Assembly: GCA_963817525.1 (NCBI GenBank)
Contig: CAWFOU010000001.1
Span: 992,001-1,056,000 of the forward strand
From: an uncultured archaeon
GTDB lineage: Archaea; Thermoproteota; Nitrososphaeria; Nitrososphaerales; Gagatemarchaeaceae
Length of the DNA: 64,000 bases
Reading direction: 5' to 3'
Shown: positions 9,573-19,501 of the stretch, piece after piece
How positions within the stretch are numbered: position 1 is the first letter of the stretch
Layout of the letters: each line of letters opens with the position of its first letter
Program-made: the position numbers and the translations under genes
The notes under the pieces: model-generated
What the model saw: only the letters and a program-made list of their open reading frames with translations
What the model was told of the DNA's origin: nothing
Database searches by the model: none

Positions 9573-10250
9573 TTGGTAGACAGATTGCAAGGCTTCATCG
9601 TCCTAACGGTCGCCATCTTCGCATCGGTAATCGCACTAACCTTAGGTCTAGTTGCTTCCCAAAGCTTGTCGATTCAGCTTGGGGCATTCACGTTCATAGC
9701 CGAAGGTCTTGGCTTTGGAGGTCTAATCATGGTTGAGACTGTGAGATACTTCCTTGAGAAAAGGGAACGGGAGCGCGACAGGGGCGAGAAAACATTACAG
9801 CGACATCGCAGAGAAATCGCGTTGACTTATCGAGCCATCTCGAACGGTGCAAGACTTTCGAGCACCGGGCGGTTTCACGTTGCCTTCGATTATGGTCCTA
9901 TTTCGACACGCGAATACTCCGGCGACATTGTTATTGTTAGAGCCGACATCAAAGACGCTGAGAAGCATCTCGCCAAGGATTACCCAGAATTTCATCCTCT
10001 ATTGGACGCAGTCCAGCAATCAGTGAAGGAGTGGGAAGATAAAGTCGAGAGCTATCGCAAGGCAAACAACTTCAGCAACGATTCCGAGATACCGCCCTCA
10101 AGCGAGATCTTCCGGGAGAGCCAAGAGATTGGAAGTCGCATCAGGCCAAAGCTTGAGGCGGTCAAGCAGAGACTCGCCGATCTTGTCTACGATATAGACA
10201 CCGAACAATATGAGACGATGTGCGACTGTTGCCGTCCGAAGGCGAATTAG
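9573..10250 (+). CDS. Hypothetical membrane protein (2 N-terminal TMs plus soluble domain), IS passenger
   Basis: Long ORF in lower-GC DNA. The track start (9471) lies outside the TIR, so the internal TTG at 9573 is preferred. Ends in CDCC. Confidence 0.65.
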   Translation: MVDRLQGFIVLTVAIFASVIALTLGLVASQSLSIQLGAFTFIAEGLGFGGLIMVETVRYFLEKRERERDRGEKTLQRHRREIALTYRAISNGARLSSTGRFHVAFDYGPISTREYSGDIVIVRADIKDAEKHLAKDYPEFHPLLDAVQQSVKEWEDKVESYRKANNFSNDSEIPPSSEIFRESQEIGSRIRPKLEAVKQRLADLVYDIDTEQYETMCDCCRPKAN

Positions 10251-10463
10251 GACTTTGACAGATACTCGCTCAGAATCACCCTCATCGTCTCCGGTATGGA
10301 GTCGAGCATCCGCTTCTTTCGCTCCCTCTCCAATGCGGCCTCCAACTGCTCCGTTATTGCGACGTTGTATTTCTTCATCATACCTCAGACTACGCAAAGA
10401 CTCTCTATTTATCCCTATGTGCGCCGATAGAGATAATGCTTATATGGGTGGGCATAGCTATCT

Positions 10464-11651
10464 ATGGGTGGCGATAAAGAGATGCACGACGCACAAACTC
10501 TCCAGCTTCTTGAGGTCCGGCGCATGAAGGGCGAACAGATAGCCGACACAGCGGGACAGGTCGAGCGGATAGACGGTAGCACCTACCGGGTCCACTCCCA
10601 GAGCGGCGAGGTTTGGTATGGTGTCCGGCTCGCTTCGCAAGGCTGGATATGCGAGTGCGCGGACTTCAAATTCCGGAGCCTCGGCAACTGCAAGCATACG
10701 TTCGCGGTTGAACTCTCGGCACTCCTTCGGGACCGAATAGAGAGCGCGACGAAGATCGCTCCGCTTGACATCCAGAGTTGCCTCTTCTGCTACTCCAAGA
10801 ACATCGTGAGAAGGGGAATCCTGCACAACAAGGGCGGAGACATCCAGAGGTTCGGCTGCAAGGACTGTGGCAAGCGGTTCGTAAGGAACCTCGGGTTCGA
10901 GCATCTAAAGGCGAGTCCGCAAATGGTTACTGGCGCACTCCAACTCTACTTCTCGGGCGAGAGCCTACGCAACACGCAGAAGTTCCTCAAGCTTCAAGGG
11001 GTGAAGGTCTCCCACCAGACGATATACAACTGGATTACGAAGTATGTCGGGTTGATGGAGAAATACCTCGACCAGATTACGCCACAGGTCGGAGACGCAT
11101 GGAGAGCGGATGAACTCTATGTCAAGGTCAAGGGCAATATGAAGTATCTCTTCGCCATGATGGACAACGACACAAGGTTCTGGATTGCCCAACAGGTAGC
11201 AGACAAGAAGGGGACATCAGACGTAAGGCCCCTACTACACCAGAGCCAAGAGGTAGCGGGGAAGAGGCCAGCGACCTTCATCACGGACGGAGCGCCTAAC
11301 TTTCACGACGCATACAACAAGGAATTCCGCACGAACCGCTACAACTCGACGGTCCACATCTCCCACATCACTTTGAAGGGAGACAACAACAACCGCATGG
11401 AAAGGTTGAACGGAGAGCTACGCGACAGAGAGAAGGTGATGCGCTCACTCAAGACCGAGGACTCTCCGATATTCAAGGGCCTTCAACTCTATCACAACTT
11501 CTTCAGGCCCCACATGGCGCTCGACGGAAAGACACCAGGAGAGGCCGCCGGAATCGTAATCGTAGGCGAGAACCCTTGGATAACGGTGATTCAGAACGCG
11601 AGTCTCGTTCCAGTAGAAACGGGGAAACCATCGAATGCCGAGAATCCTTAG
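10464..11651 (+). CDS. IS6-family DDE transposase with N-terminal SWIM finger and Zn ribbon
   Basis: CECADF..CKH (SWIM), CLFC..CKDC, an HTH, WRADELYVKVKG, ITDG and NNRMERLN. Confidence 0.92.
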   Translation: MGGDKEMHDAQTLQLLEVRRMKGEQIADTAGQVERIDGSTYRVHSQSGEVWYGVRLASQGWICECADFKFRSLGNCKHTFAVELSALLRDRIESATKIAPLDIQSCLFCYSKNIVRRGILHNKGGDIQRFGCKDCGKRFVRNLGFEHLKASPQMVTGALQLYFSGESLRNTQKFLKLQGVKVSHQTIYNWITKYVGLMEKYLDQITPQVGDAWRADELYVKVKGNMKYLFAMMDNDTRFWIAQQVADKKGTSDVRPLLHQSQEVAGKRPATFITDGAPNFHDAYNKEFRTNRYNSTVHISHITLKGDNNNRMERLNGELRDREKVMRSLKTEDSPIFKGLQLYHNFFRPHMALDGKTPGEAAGIVIVGENPWITVIQNASLVPVETGKPSNAENP

Positions 11652-11886
11652 ACTGGCCCTCATGGTAATCGTTGGCTTCTTTGTTTCGTCAGGTGCTGCC
11701 TTCTTGGAGACAGTCGGGGTGCTGTTGGTCTTCCCTTCCTTGAGGGACATAGACATTCTCATTCTCCTTTGCACTCTCTTTGTCGCAAACGCCATCCAAA
11801 TCATCGCCCTACAGAGAATCTTCGTCCGCAGGGCGAAAAGCCGTCTCGCTAAGTCCAGAGCTTTACAGCCGGAGGATGTCCAGTAG
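11635..11886 (+). CDS. Small 2-TM protein, IS passenger
   Basis: Two hydrophobic segments; its stop lies inside the right TIR. Confidence 0.45.
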   Translation: MPRILRLALMVIVGFFVSSGAAFLETVGVLLVFPSLRDIDILILLCTLFVANAIQIIALQRIFVRRAKSRLAKSRALQPEDVQ

Positions 11887-11957
11887 ATTGGACAGTTCCC
11901 AAGTTCACAATACTTATATCAGCTCAGCTAGCTCAGCTACTTGAGCTGCCAAAAGAG

Positions 11958-12260
11958 ATGTCTCCAGCTAAGCTGGCTGACTTTCCCTGCAAGTACTGCG
12001 GCAAGAGCTTCAACGACGGCAGGAGGCTCGGCGGCCACGTCCGACAGTCGCACCAGGTAGTCAAACCAGGAGACTCTCAGCACTCGCCCGCCCCGTCTTC
12101 GGACGGTGAGAACGCCGCGAGGGTGCTGGAACTCTGGAGGGCGGGAGAGGACCCCGTCACGGTCGTCGAGACATTAAGGGTCCATCCGCGCTTCGTGAAG
12201 GAAGTTCTAAGGGAGTACGACGAGCTCCTCAACGAGTGGAAGAAGTTCAGCGTGGCCTGA
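11958..12260 (+). CDS. C2H2 zinc-finger plus HTH-like DNA-binding protein
   Basis: FPCKYCGKSFNDGRRLGGHVRQSH is a classical C2H2 finger; C-terminal helical HTH-like segment. Confidence 0.75.
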   Translation: MSPAKLADFPCKYCGKSFNDGRRLGGHVRQSHQVVKPGDSQHSPAPSSDGENAARVLELWRAGEDPVTVVETLRVHPRFVKEVLREYDELLNEWKKFSVA

Positions 12261-12440
12261 GGCAAACTTCAGCCTAGATCCCACGGAGAAACTAGCGCAT
12301 GAGATGCAAGTCCGTTTCATCAACGCAGAGTAAGGGAAACCGACCTGTGAAATCGACTTTGCCTGTTGCAGTTCCGCCTGACAAAGGTTGGGGGAGGGGT
12401 TACGGGCCTAGGCCCGTTCCCTCTTATTTTCCCTGTGTCG

Positions 12441-14906
12441 CTACTCGTTGAGTAGGTATGCCTGGTAGTATGCGTTGCCTGGCTGGTTGTACGAGCCCGT
12501 GTACTGTCCGGAAGGTGTCGGGCCGTGCCCCTGACCTGTGGTCGCGCTGGTGAGATAGTCCGCGATGAAGTTCTCTGGTGTGCCTGGTGGGTTGCTGGTT
12601 AGCGATGCGCTGGTTGGATTGACGCCCAGAGCATTGTAGAAGGCGGTAGTTCCCGCGCTGCTGCCAATGCCAGTGCCCAGGCCGCTGCCGAGGGTGGAGT
12701 AGACTGCGCCAGCCCATTGCCATGTGAGGGTGAAGGAGACGGTCGTGCCGCTGAACTCGCCTTCCCAGTCCGCCTTGGCTCCCGCTAGGGATACGCCGGC
12801 TGGGACTTGGTAGGCTACTCCGCCGATGAAGACGTTACCCGTGTAGTCGGCTGGGACCGTGGTCACCCACTGCCCGCCGGTGTACGTGGTCGTCGCGGAG
12901 GTCGCGGTAGAGCTGAAGACTACCTCAGAGTTTGGCGCTGGGATGGAGAGTGGGAGGCCGTTGCCGCCCTGTAGCTGCAGGTTGACCCACTGCCCAGTGA
13001 AGTGGACGGTGGTCCCTGACGACTCCCTAGTGGTGATGTCTGCGGATGCGCTGAACCAGACGTCGTTCCCGGTGGCGATTGCGCTGTTCGAGATGTCGTT
13101 CTCGGTGGCGCATACGTCAGGGTTCGTGTCAACGTCGGTGCAGGTCTGGGTTGTGCTGAGGTTAGGGGTGCCCGGTGTGGTCGAAGCGTCTTGGGTGTAC
13201 TGTCCGGAGCCGCCGAAGCCACTACCGCCGAAGCCGCCGAAGCCATTCTGGACTACTTCGCCGGTCGCCGGGTTCAGGTAGAGCTTGCCGTCGTTGGGCT
13301 GGGAGTGCGAAAAGTCGAACATGTTCATGAGGGTCCCTGAGATGGTGTCGTACGACTCTGGGCCGAGAAGCCCAGGTACTACGCTGCTGAGGTGCCAGTT
13401 GTACTCGATGAAGCTGACTATCGCGGTCTGGTCCGCGTAGGTGCTGTCGACGTAGTTTGACTTTGCGTATGGTGAGATCACCAAGATTGGAATGCGTGGA
13501 CCTGAGCCGCACCTGTCCTGCACGCCGAGAGGGGAGGCTCCCTGTCCGCAGGTGTCGCCGTTCAGGACGTCGTTGGCGGGGTCGCTCGATGGGCTGATGA
13601 TCGTTGGCATTACGCTGTCATACCAGCCGTCGGAGTCGTCCCAGTTGATGATGATGGCCGTGCTGCTCCATGTGGGGAGGCTCATGAGCTTGTTGATGGT
13701 GTTGACCAGCCATGCCTGCTCGTCGAGCGGGTCAGAGTTGGCTGGGTGACCGTCCTGGTACCTCGGTGCCTTCAGGTAGCTCACCGCGGGCAAGTTGCCC
13801 GAGTCGGCGGCGATCCAGAAGGAGGAGAGGTCGTACTGGTGGTTCGCCTGGTCGGTGTAGCCGATCATAGCAGGTGTGCTCGGAGCGAGGTGGTGTGGGT
13901 TCGAGGTTGACGCGAAGTACTGGAAGGGCTCGTGGTGAGGACTGTACGCCGCCTCGATGCTGCCTCCAACTTGTGCGTCGGAAGCACCGCATTGCGCCGG
14001 TGTGCCGGTCGTGGGGTTGTAGGCGACAGTCGGGGTGAATCCGCCTTGGAACCAGCCCCATGTGACGCCTGCGTCATTGAGAAGGTTGCCGATGTTCAGA
14101 GGCACGTCCGCCCCGGTGGAAACCATGGCCGCCGTCGAGGTGTCGCCGTCTTGGCTGTAGGAGCAGTCGTCGTATGTCGGGTCGATGTCGCCAATGAGCT
14201 GGCCGTTCGCAAGAGTGCCCGCCACGTTAGCGCTTGACGCTGTCGCACCGGCAACCGAGAAGGCTCCGCCAGTCCCGGTAGATGTCGGTACCGCCGTCGT
14301 GGTTACGACCTGCGCTGGTCCGCCTAGACCTGAGACCACGTTCAGCGCTCCAGGTGTGGAGGGGCCGAAAGTCGTCCCGAAGGAGTTGTCGTTGAGGGCA
14401 AAGTTCTGCGCGTAGTTCCAGAGGGCGGTCACGGTGTTTCCGTCGTAGTAGTCCATGACTATTCCGTCAGAACAGCTCGTCTGCTCTGGGAACATGTTCA
14501 TCAGGCCGCCGTTCATGGCCGCCTGCTCTGCTGTATAGTCGTGGTCGTTGTCGCAGGTCACCGGCTGTGTCCGGTCTAGCCTAGCGGGGTTGTCCGACGG
14601 ATTCCCCGTGACCAGCTCGTTGGGGTTGCTGGTCAATAGCGGCCCGGTCAGATCATTTGCGGAGGGGGTGTCAGGTGCTGCGTTGAACTGTGGCTCGTTG
14701 GGAGGATTGGTCGCGACGGGGTAGGTCGCGAAGTAGTGGTCGGTAGAGACGTTCTCCTGGAAGATCACCACGACGTGCTTTATCGGGGTCGCGGTGTTGT
14801 CTCCGGGAGGCGTCGGAGTGTTTGCGTTGGCGGCGATGTTGGCTGTCAACAACACCGCTAACAGTGCGAAAGGAATAGCGATTGATACCTTAGTCCGTGT
14901 TTTCAT
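12441..14906 (-). CDS. Secreted phospholipase C / AcpA-type phosphoesterase with an extra C-terminal domain
   Basis: Signal peptide, IKHVVVIFQENVSTDHYF, FGPSTPGALN, DGHP, WDDSDGWYD and GPRIPILVISP. Confidence 0.88.
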   Translation of the reverse strand: MKTRTKVSIAIPFALLAVLLTANIAANANTPTPPGDNTATPIKHVVVIFQENVSTDHYFATYPVATNPPNEPQFNAAPDTPSANDLTGPLLTSNPNELVTGNPSDNPARLDRTQPVTCDNDHDYTAEQAAMNGGLMNMFPEQTSCSDGIVMDYYDGNTVTALWNYAQNFALNDNSFGTTFGPSTPGALNVVSGLGGPAQVVTTTAVPTSTGTGGAFSVAGATASSANVAGTLANGQLIGDIDPTYDDCSYSQDGDTSTAAMVSTGADVPLNIGNLLNDAGVTWGWFQGGFTPTVAYNPTTGTPAQCGASDAQVGGSIEAAYSPHHEPFQYFASTSNPHHLAPSTPAMIGYTDQANHQYDLSSFWIAADSGNLPAVSYLKAPRYQDGHPANSDPLDEQAWLVNTINKLMSLPTWSSTAIIINWDDSDGWYDSVMPTIISPSSDPANDVLNGDTCGQGASPLGVQDRCGSGPRIPILVISPYAKSNYVDSTYADQTAIVSFIEYNWHLSSVVPGLLGPESYDTISGTLMNMFDFSHSQPNDGKLYLNPATGEVVQNGFGGFGGSGFGGSGQYTQDASTTPGTPNLSTTQTCTDVDTNPDVCATENDISNSAIATGNDVWFSASADITTRESSGTTVHFTGQWVNLQLQGGNGLPLSIPAPNSEVVFSSTATSATTTYTGGQWVTTVPADYTGNVFIGGVAYQVPAGVSLAGAKADWEGEFSGTTVSFTLTWQWAGAVYSTLGSGLGTGIGSSAGTTAFYNALGVNPTSASLTSNPPGTPENFIADYLTSATTGQGHGPTPSGQYTGSYNQPGNAYYQAYLLNE

Positions 14907-15189
14907 CGCAACGAAGATGCTGCCAACGCCATTTCTTCCTTGTCGAAGTAGAAAGTATAGAGACTTGCACCACAATGCAACGCCTTAGCTCCCCTTCGCG
15001 CTATTGGAGTTATAGAGGCTCAATAGTCGTACTTCATATCGCCGAAGACTCCCGAGGGAGAGACGCCCGGAGGGGTGCGCCTCGGGAGCCGTCGCGCATG
15101 ATCGAAGCAGTTGATGCTACCGGCGAATCGTGAAACCCGATAATCAAAGCCTAATTACGGCGCCAGCTTCCCGCAGAATCTGGTTCCAA

Positions 15190-16182
15190 GTGGCAGAGAA
15201 ACCGAACGTGCTCGTGACCGGGTCGGCGTCCTGGGGGAGGTTCGACAGCCTCTCCCCCTACGCCAAGGTCCTCTGGCTCGACCACCTGAAAGAGGCGGAG
15301 GCCGACCGCATCCTCCCTTCGATAGACGCCCTCCTCGTCCAGACGTGGTGGCCTGAGTATCTGACCCCCGAGCGCGTCTCGCGGATGAGCCGCCTGCGAT
15401 TCATCCAGTCAGGGATGGCCGGGGTCAACCACATCCCGTTCAAGCTGCTGGGGAAGCGCGTCATGGTGAGCAGTAACGCGGGAGGGTTCTCGGTGGGCGT
15501 CGCCGAGTTCGCGATGGCCCTGCTGCTGGCGGCGGCTAAGAAGGTGGTCAAGCTGGACTACGCGCTCCGGACCGGCGCGTTCGAACTCGGCGAGGCGGGG
15601 CGCCTCTTCCGGGAGGTGGTCATTCTCAGGGGCAGGACGCTGGGCGTGCTGGGATATGGGGGCATAGGACGAGGAGCGGCCTCCATCGGACGGGCATTGG
15701 GTATGAACGTGGTCGCATACTCGAGGCACGCGAGCGCCGACAAGGACGTCCAGGTCTTCCAGGGAGGAGAGGGGCTCGTGAGGGTCCTAAGCAAGAGCGA
15801 CGCGGTCGTGATAGCCCTCCCGCTCTCGAAGCTCACCCTGGGACTTATCGGGGCCGCGGAGCTCTCCGCGATGAAGGCCGACGCCATCCTCGTGAACGTC
15901 GCGAGGGCGGAGATAGTCGACGAGGAGGCAGTGTACAAGCACCTGCTCGAGCACAAGGAGTTCACCTACGCCACCGACGTATGGCAGATCAAGAGGGGGA
16001 AGGAGACCTACTCGTCGCAGTTTCCGTTCTTGAAACTCCCCAATTTCATCGGCACCCCCCACGTCGCCGGGGGGAGCTCCGCGCTCACAGGCGAGCCCGG
16101 AAAGGCCGCGGTGGAGAACGTCTTGCGATACCTGAGGGGAGAGGCTCCCCAAAACGTGGTGGACCCTTCTGAGTATATTTGA
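15190..16182 (+). CDS. D-2-hydroxyacid dehydrogenase family protein
   Basis: GYGGIG, VNVARA, ATDVW and TPHVAG. Start uncertain (15130 or 15190). Confidence 0.9.
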   Translation: MAEKPNVLVTGSASWGRFDSLSPYAKVLWLDHLKEAEADRILPSIDALLVQTWWPEYLTPERVSRMSRLRFIQSGMAGVNHIPFKLLGKRVMVSSNAGGFSVGVAEFAMALLLAAAKKVVKLDYALRTGAFELGEAGRLFREVVILRGRTLGVLGYGGIGRGAASIGRALGMNVVAYSRHASADKDVQVFQGGEGLVRVLSKSDAVVIALPLSKLTLGLIGAAELSAMKADAILVNVARAEIVDEEAVYKHLLEHKEFTYATDVWQIKRGKETYSSQFPFLKLPNFIGTPHVAGGSSALTGEPGKAAVENVLRYLRGEAPQNVVDPSEYI

Positions 16183-16185
16183 GAG

Positions 16186-16950
16186 CTAGGCGACGACGCC
16201 GGCCTGCTCCTTGAGCCAGCCGTACCCTTTCTCCTCGAGCTTGAGCGAGAGCTCCTCGCCGCCCGACGCCGTGATCTTCCCCTCGTACATCACGTGGACG
16301 AAGGTCGGCTTGATGTACTTCAGTATCCTCTGGTAGTGGGTGATCACGAGTATCCCCAGGTCGTTGCTGGCTATCTTGCTGACGCCCTCCGCGACGACCC
16401 GCAGTGCGTCGATGTCGAGTCCCGAGTCGGTCTCGTCGAGGACCGCGAACTTCGGCTTTAGCATGGCGAGCTGCAGGATCTCTGCGCGCTTCTTCTCCCC
16501 GCCCGAGAAGCCCTCGTTTAGGTAGCGGTTCATGAAGGACTGGTCCATCCCGAGGAGCTTCATCCGCTCCTCGAGGGTCTCCTTGAACTCGAAGATCGTC
16601 GGTGCCTGGTTGTTGGCGTCGGTGTGGACCGCGTTGTAGGCGGCGCGTAAGAACGAGAACATGGTGACCCCCGGGACGGCCACGGGATATTGGAAGGCCA
16701 GGAACAGGCCCCTCTTCGCCCTCTTGTCGGGCGTGAGGTCGACTATGCTCTCGCCGTCGATGAGGATGTCGCCCTTGGTCACCTTGTATTTCGGATGACC
16801 CAGGAGGGTGTTCGCCAGGGTGCTCTTCCCAGAGCCGTTCGGCCCCATCAGCGCGTGTATCTCGCCCTGGTCTATCGTCAGGTCCACTCCCTTGAGTATC
16901 TCGGTGCCCTCCACCGTCGCGTGGAGGTCGCGGATCTCGAGCTTCGACAT
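16186..16950 (-). CDS. sufC: Fe-S cluster assembly ATPase SufC
   Basis: GPNGSGKST, AFQYP, NEGFSGGEKKR and LDETDSGLD. Confidence 0.96.
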   Translation of the reverse strand: MSKLEIRDLHATVEGTEILKGVDLTIDQGEIHALMGPNGSGKSTLANTLLGHPKYKVTKGDILIDGESIVDLTPDKRAKRGLFLAFQYPVAVPGVTMFSFLRAAYNAVHTDANNQAPTIFEFKETLEERMKLLGMDQSFMNRYLNEGFSGGEKKRAEILQLAMLKPKFAVLDETDSGLDIDALRVVAEGVSKIASNDLGILVITHYQRILKYIKPTFVHVMYEGKITASGGEELSLKLEEKGYGWLKEQAGVVA

Positions 16951-16979
16951 TGCTTCCTGTACGCGCGCCCACGTTTCGT

Positions 16980-17005
16980 TATTTAAATCTATAACCTAGG
17001 TTATA
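16980..17005 (-). promoter_or_regulatory. sufC promoter: TATA box plus perfect 16-bp palindrome
   Basis: TTTAAATA (minus strand) about 30 nt upstream of the ATG; TATAACCTAGGTTATA at 16990-17005. Confidence 0.75.
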
Positions 17006-17086
17006 CGAATTCGCGGCCCAAGCCTGTGGGCTTCGTCCCAAAAGATTCGACAGGACGTTATATATCCCCATGTGCGACCGTCGAAC

Positions 17087-17437
17087 ATGGCAGGCGGCTA
17101 CAAGGCGCCAGACGTCCCAAAGGCGAAGGTGACGCCCGTCCTCGTCAGGGACGAGCTCCTAAGGTGCTTCGAGGACGCCAACCGGGAGTTCATGCACGTT
17201 CTCAACCAACCGGCGAACGACCAGGCACTGAAGGTCCAGGTCAGGCAGTTCGTGTCCGGGACCTTCCAGAGCTGCGGGGTGAGCTTCGAACAGCCCACCA
17301 AGGAGGGGATTGTAGCGGCGATAGGCCAGTGCAAGAGCAACGCAGAGGCTATGATGGGCCAAAAGGGGGCCGTCATCATAAGGGAGCACTATGACGAGAT
17401 GATGAAGCTCGTGAACAAGCTCCCCCCGAGCAAGTAG
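17087..17437 (+). CDS. Hypothetical helical protein
   Basis: Host-like codon bias and an upstream TTATATA box. Confidence 0.7.
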   Translation: MAGGYKAPDVPKAKVTPVLVRDELLRCFEDANREFMHVLNQPANDQALKVQVRQFVSGTFQSCGVSFEQPTKEGIVAAIGQCKSNAEAMMGQKGAVIIREHYDEMMKLVNKLPPSK

Positions 17438-17645
17438 GAAGAAGGGTCGACCCGACGCCGCCCCTCGGCGGTGCGACACCTGCCGAATTTTGAGGAATCC
17501 TTATTATTGCTCACACGTCGCTTCGGGTGGGGTAAGGTCAGTCCTTGCGCGCTCTTTCTCTCCGGTGAGACCCGTGAAACCGCTCGCCTCCGCTGGAGCT
17601 AGCTCGACCTCTGGTCAGAGCGACTGCTGAAGGTAGTAGAGTAGA

Positions 17646-18998
17646 ATGTCAGAGACGACCAGTGGCTCGGCGCAGCCCAAGAAGCAGGAGAGCCTCCTCA
17701 GGGTCTTCGGCGGCCTGGGGGCCATGAGCGCCCTCACCTACATGGGGGAGTACGCGTCGTTCATCATCGTCCTGGTCTACCTCTCGGACAAGTTCACGGT
17801 CACGTTCCAGCTCGGGGACGTCGGGTACGCCTTCGTCGGCACCATCTCGGGAGCGTTCCTCATCGCCTCCGGCCTCGTCGCCATCTACATGGGGCACCTG
17901 GCCGACAAGTATGGGAGGAGGCGGATGATGATAATCGGCTGCATAGTGGGGTCGGCTGCCCTTTTGTCTCTTATCTGGTCGAACAGCTTCACCGAGCTAG
18001 CGCCCTTCGCCGTGGCGACCGCCGTGTCGCTGGTCACGCTGGGGATGGCACACGGCACCTACACCGCTGCGACCCTCGCCTACGGCGGGGACCTTGCGGA
18101 GAAGCACGAGATCATGGGCAAGGCGTATGGCCTCGTAGACGGGGCGGAGTTCGCCGGGTACGCCTTCGGGCCCGCCCTCGGGACGACGGTGGCGTTCCTG
18201 ACGGACAGCAGGACCGACGTCTTCGAGATGTCGACCGCGATGCTCCTGATATCCGCGGTATTGGCTGTCTACTTCATGCCTGAGATACGGCCCGGCTCGC
18301 TGGCCGTCGCAGCCCCGGCGATAATGGGGGCGAGCCACGACCACGACGAGGGTGGAGTGCCTCACCACGACGACCACGGCCACAGCCACGAGGCGACCTG
18401 GGGCGACTACGTCAACGCGTTCAGGACCCCAATAGTCGGCGTGGCCCTCGCGACAACCCTCGTGGGAGCGGTCGGCTTCTCCGCCTTCTTCTCCTTCGTG
18501 CCCCTGTACGCCCAGACGCTCAAGTACGCAGTCCCGTCCTTCGCGTACCTCTGGGGCTATTTCGCGTCCATCATGGCCGTCACTGGCGTCGCCTTCATGG
18601 TGCCCGTCGGCCACTACGAGGACAAGACCGACAGGCGGATGCCTTACCTCGTCGCCGGGCTGGTCGGCGCGGCCGCCTCCCTCTCCCTCGTGTTCTTCCT
18701 GCAGGCGTCGGTCGTCTCCTTCGTCATCGCCGCGGTCGCGTTCGGCCTCTCGATAGGGGTGGTGCGAGTCAGCCAGCTCGTGATCCTGGCGGAGGCGAGC
18801 AACAGGGAGAACCGGGCCGCGATAATGGGGACCAACCACGCGATGGAGCACGTGGGCTATGGCCTGGCGGCGTTCGTGACCGGGAGCCTGATCGCCTTCA
18901 CGGGCGGGTTCGACAACGCCTTCCGTTTCCTGTCGCTCGTCCTCCTCATCGCGGGGCTGGCATTCCTTCTCTACGCGCGCAGGGCGAAAGTCAAGTAA
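17646..18998 (+). CDS. MFS transporter with His-rich central loop
   Basis: 12 TMs, GHLADKYGRR motif A, loop HDHDEGGVPHHDDHGHSHE. Confidence 0.9.
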   Translation: MSETTSGSAQPKKQESLLRVFGGLGAMSALTYMGEYASFIIVLVYLSDKFTVTFQLGDVGYAFVGTISGAFLIASGLVAIYMGHLADKYGRRRMMIIGCIVGSAALLSLIWSNSFTELAPFAVATAVSLVTLGMAHGTYTAATLAYGGDLAEKHEIMGKAYGLVDGAEFAGYAFGPALGTTVAFLTDSRTDVFEMSTAMLLISAVLAVYFMPEIRPGSLAVAAPAIMGASHDHDEGGVPHHDDHGHSHEATWGDYVNAFRTPIVGVALATTLVGAVGFSAFFSFVPLYAQTLKYAVPSFAYLWGYFASIMAVTGVAFMVPVGHYEDKTDRRMPYLVAGLVGAAASLSLVFFLQASVVSFVIAAVAFGLSIGVVRVSQLVILAEASNRENRAAIMGTNHAMEHVGYGLAAFVTGSLIAFTGGFDNAFRFLSLVLLIAGLAFLLYARRAKVK

Positions 18999-19024
18999 TC
19001 CTGTCAGCCGGGCCTCGAGGGACC

Positions 19025-19501
19025 TCAGACGCAGAACTTTGAGATCTTCGCGGCCAGCGCCTCGAGGAACTCCCTGTCCACGGAAGAATAGTCGTTGATA
19101 GCGTCCCCGTCGATGTCGATCTCGGCCACGACCTTCCCCTCGTGGGTGACGGGCACCGTGATCTCAGAGCGGGTGCTCGCGAAGCACTGTAGGTACCTGG
19201 GGTCCTTGGAGACGTCGGAGACTATCTCAGTGCGCCCCGACTTGGCGGCGAAGCCGCATATCCCCTTCCCGAGCGCGATGGAAGTGTGCGTCGTCGGCGC
19301 GGGGCCGCTCCAAGAGTCGAGGCGGAGCTCGCTTCCCTTTAGCAGGTAGATCCCGACCCAGTTGTAGGTCGGCTCAAGGTTGAGGAGCTGGACGACGCTC
19401 TTCCTTAGCGCAGGGGGCGGCTGAGCCCGGGAGACGAGGAGGTCTACTTCGGCGAGGAGCTCCTTCGCCCTCTCGCGGTTGAGCCTTGGTTGGGACTTCA
19501 T
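19025..19501 (-). CDS. GAF-domain protein (free Met-R-sulfoxide reductase-like)
   Basis: NWVGIY, GKGICG, YLQCFASTRSEITVP and IDID. Confidence 0.85.
   Translation of the reverse strand: MKSQPRLNRERAKELLAEVDLLVSRAQPPPALRKSVVQLLNLEPTYNWVGIYLLKGSELRLDSWSGPAPTTHTSIALGKGICGFAAKSGRTEIVSDVSKDPRYLQCFASTRSEITVPVTHEGKVVAEIDIDGDAINDYSSVDREFLEALAAKISKFCV

Larger units (their letters stand above)
9517..11899 (+). mobile_element. Complete IS6-family insertion sequence (2383 bp) with passenger ORFs
   Basis: Perfect 22-bp TIRs GGAACTGTCCAATCTACTGGAC (9517-9538; 11878-11899), 8-bp TSD CAAGTTCA (9509-9516; 11900-11907) and an internal DDE transposase. Confidence 0.93.
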
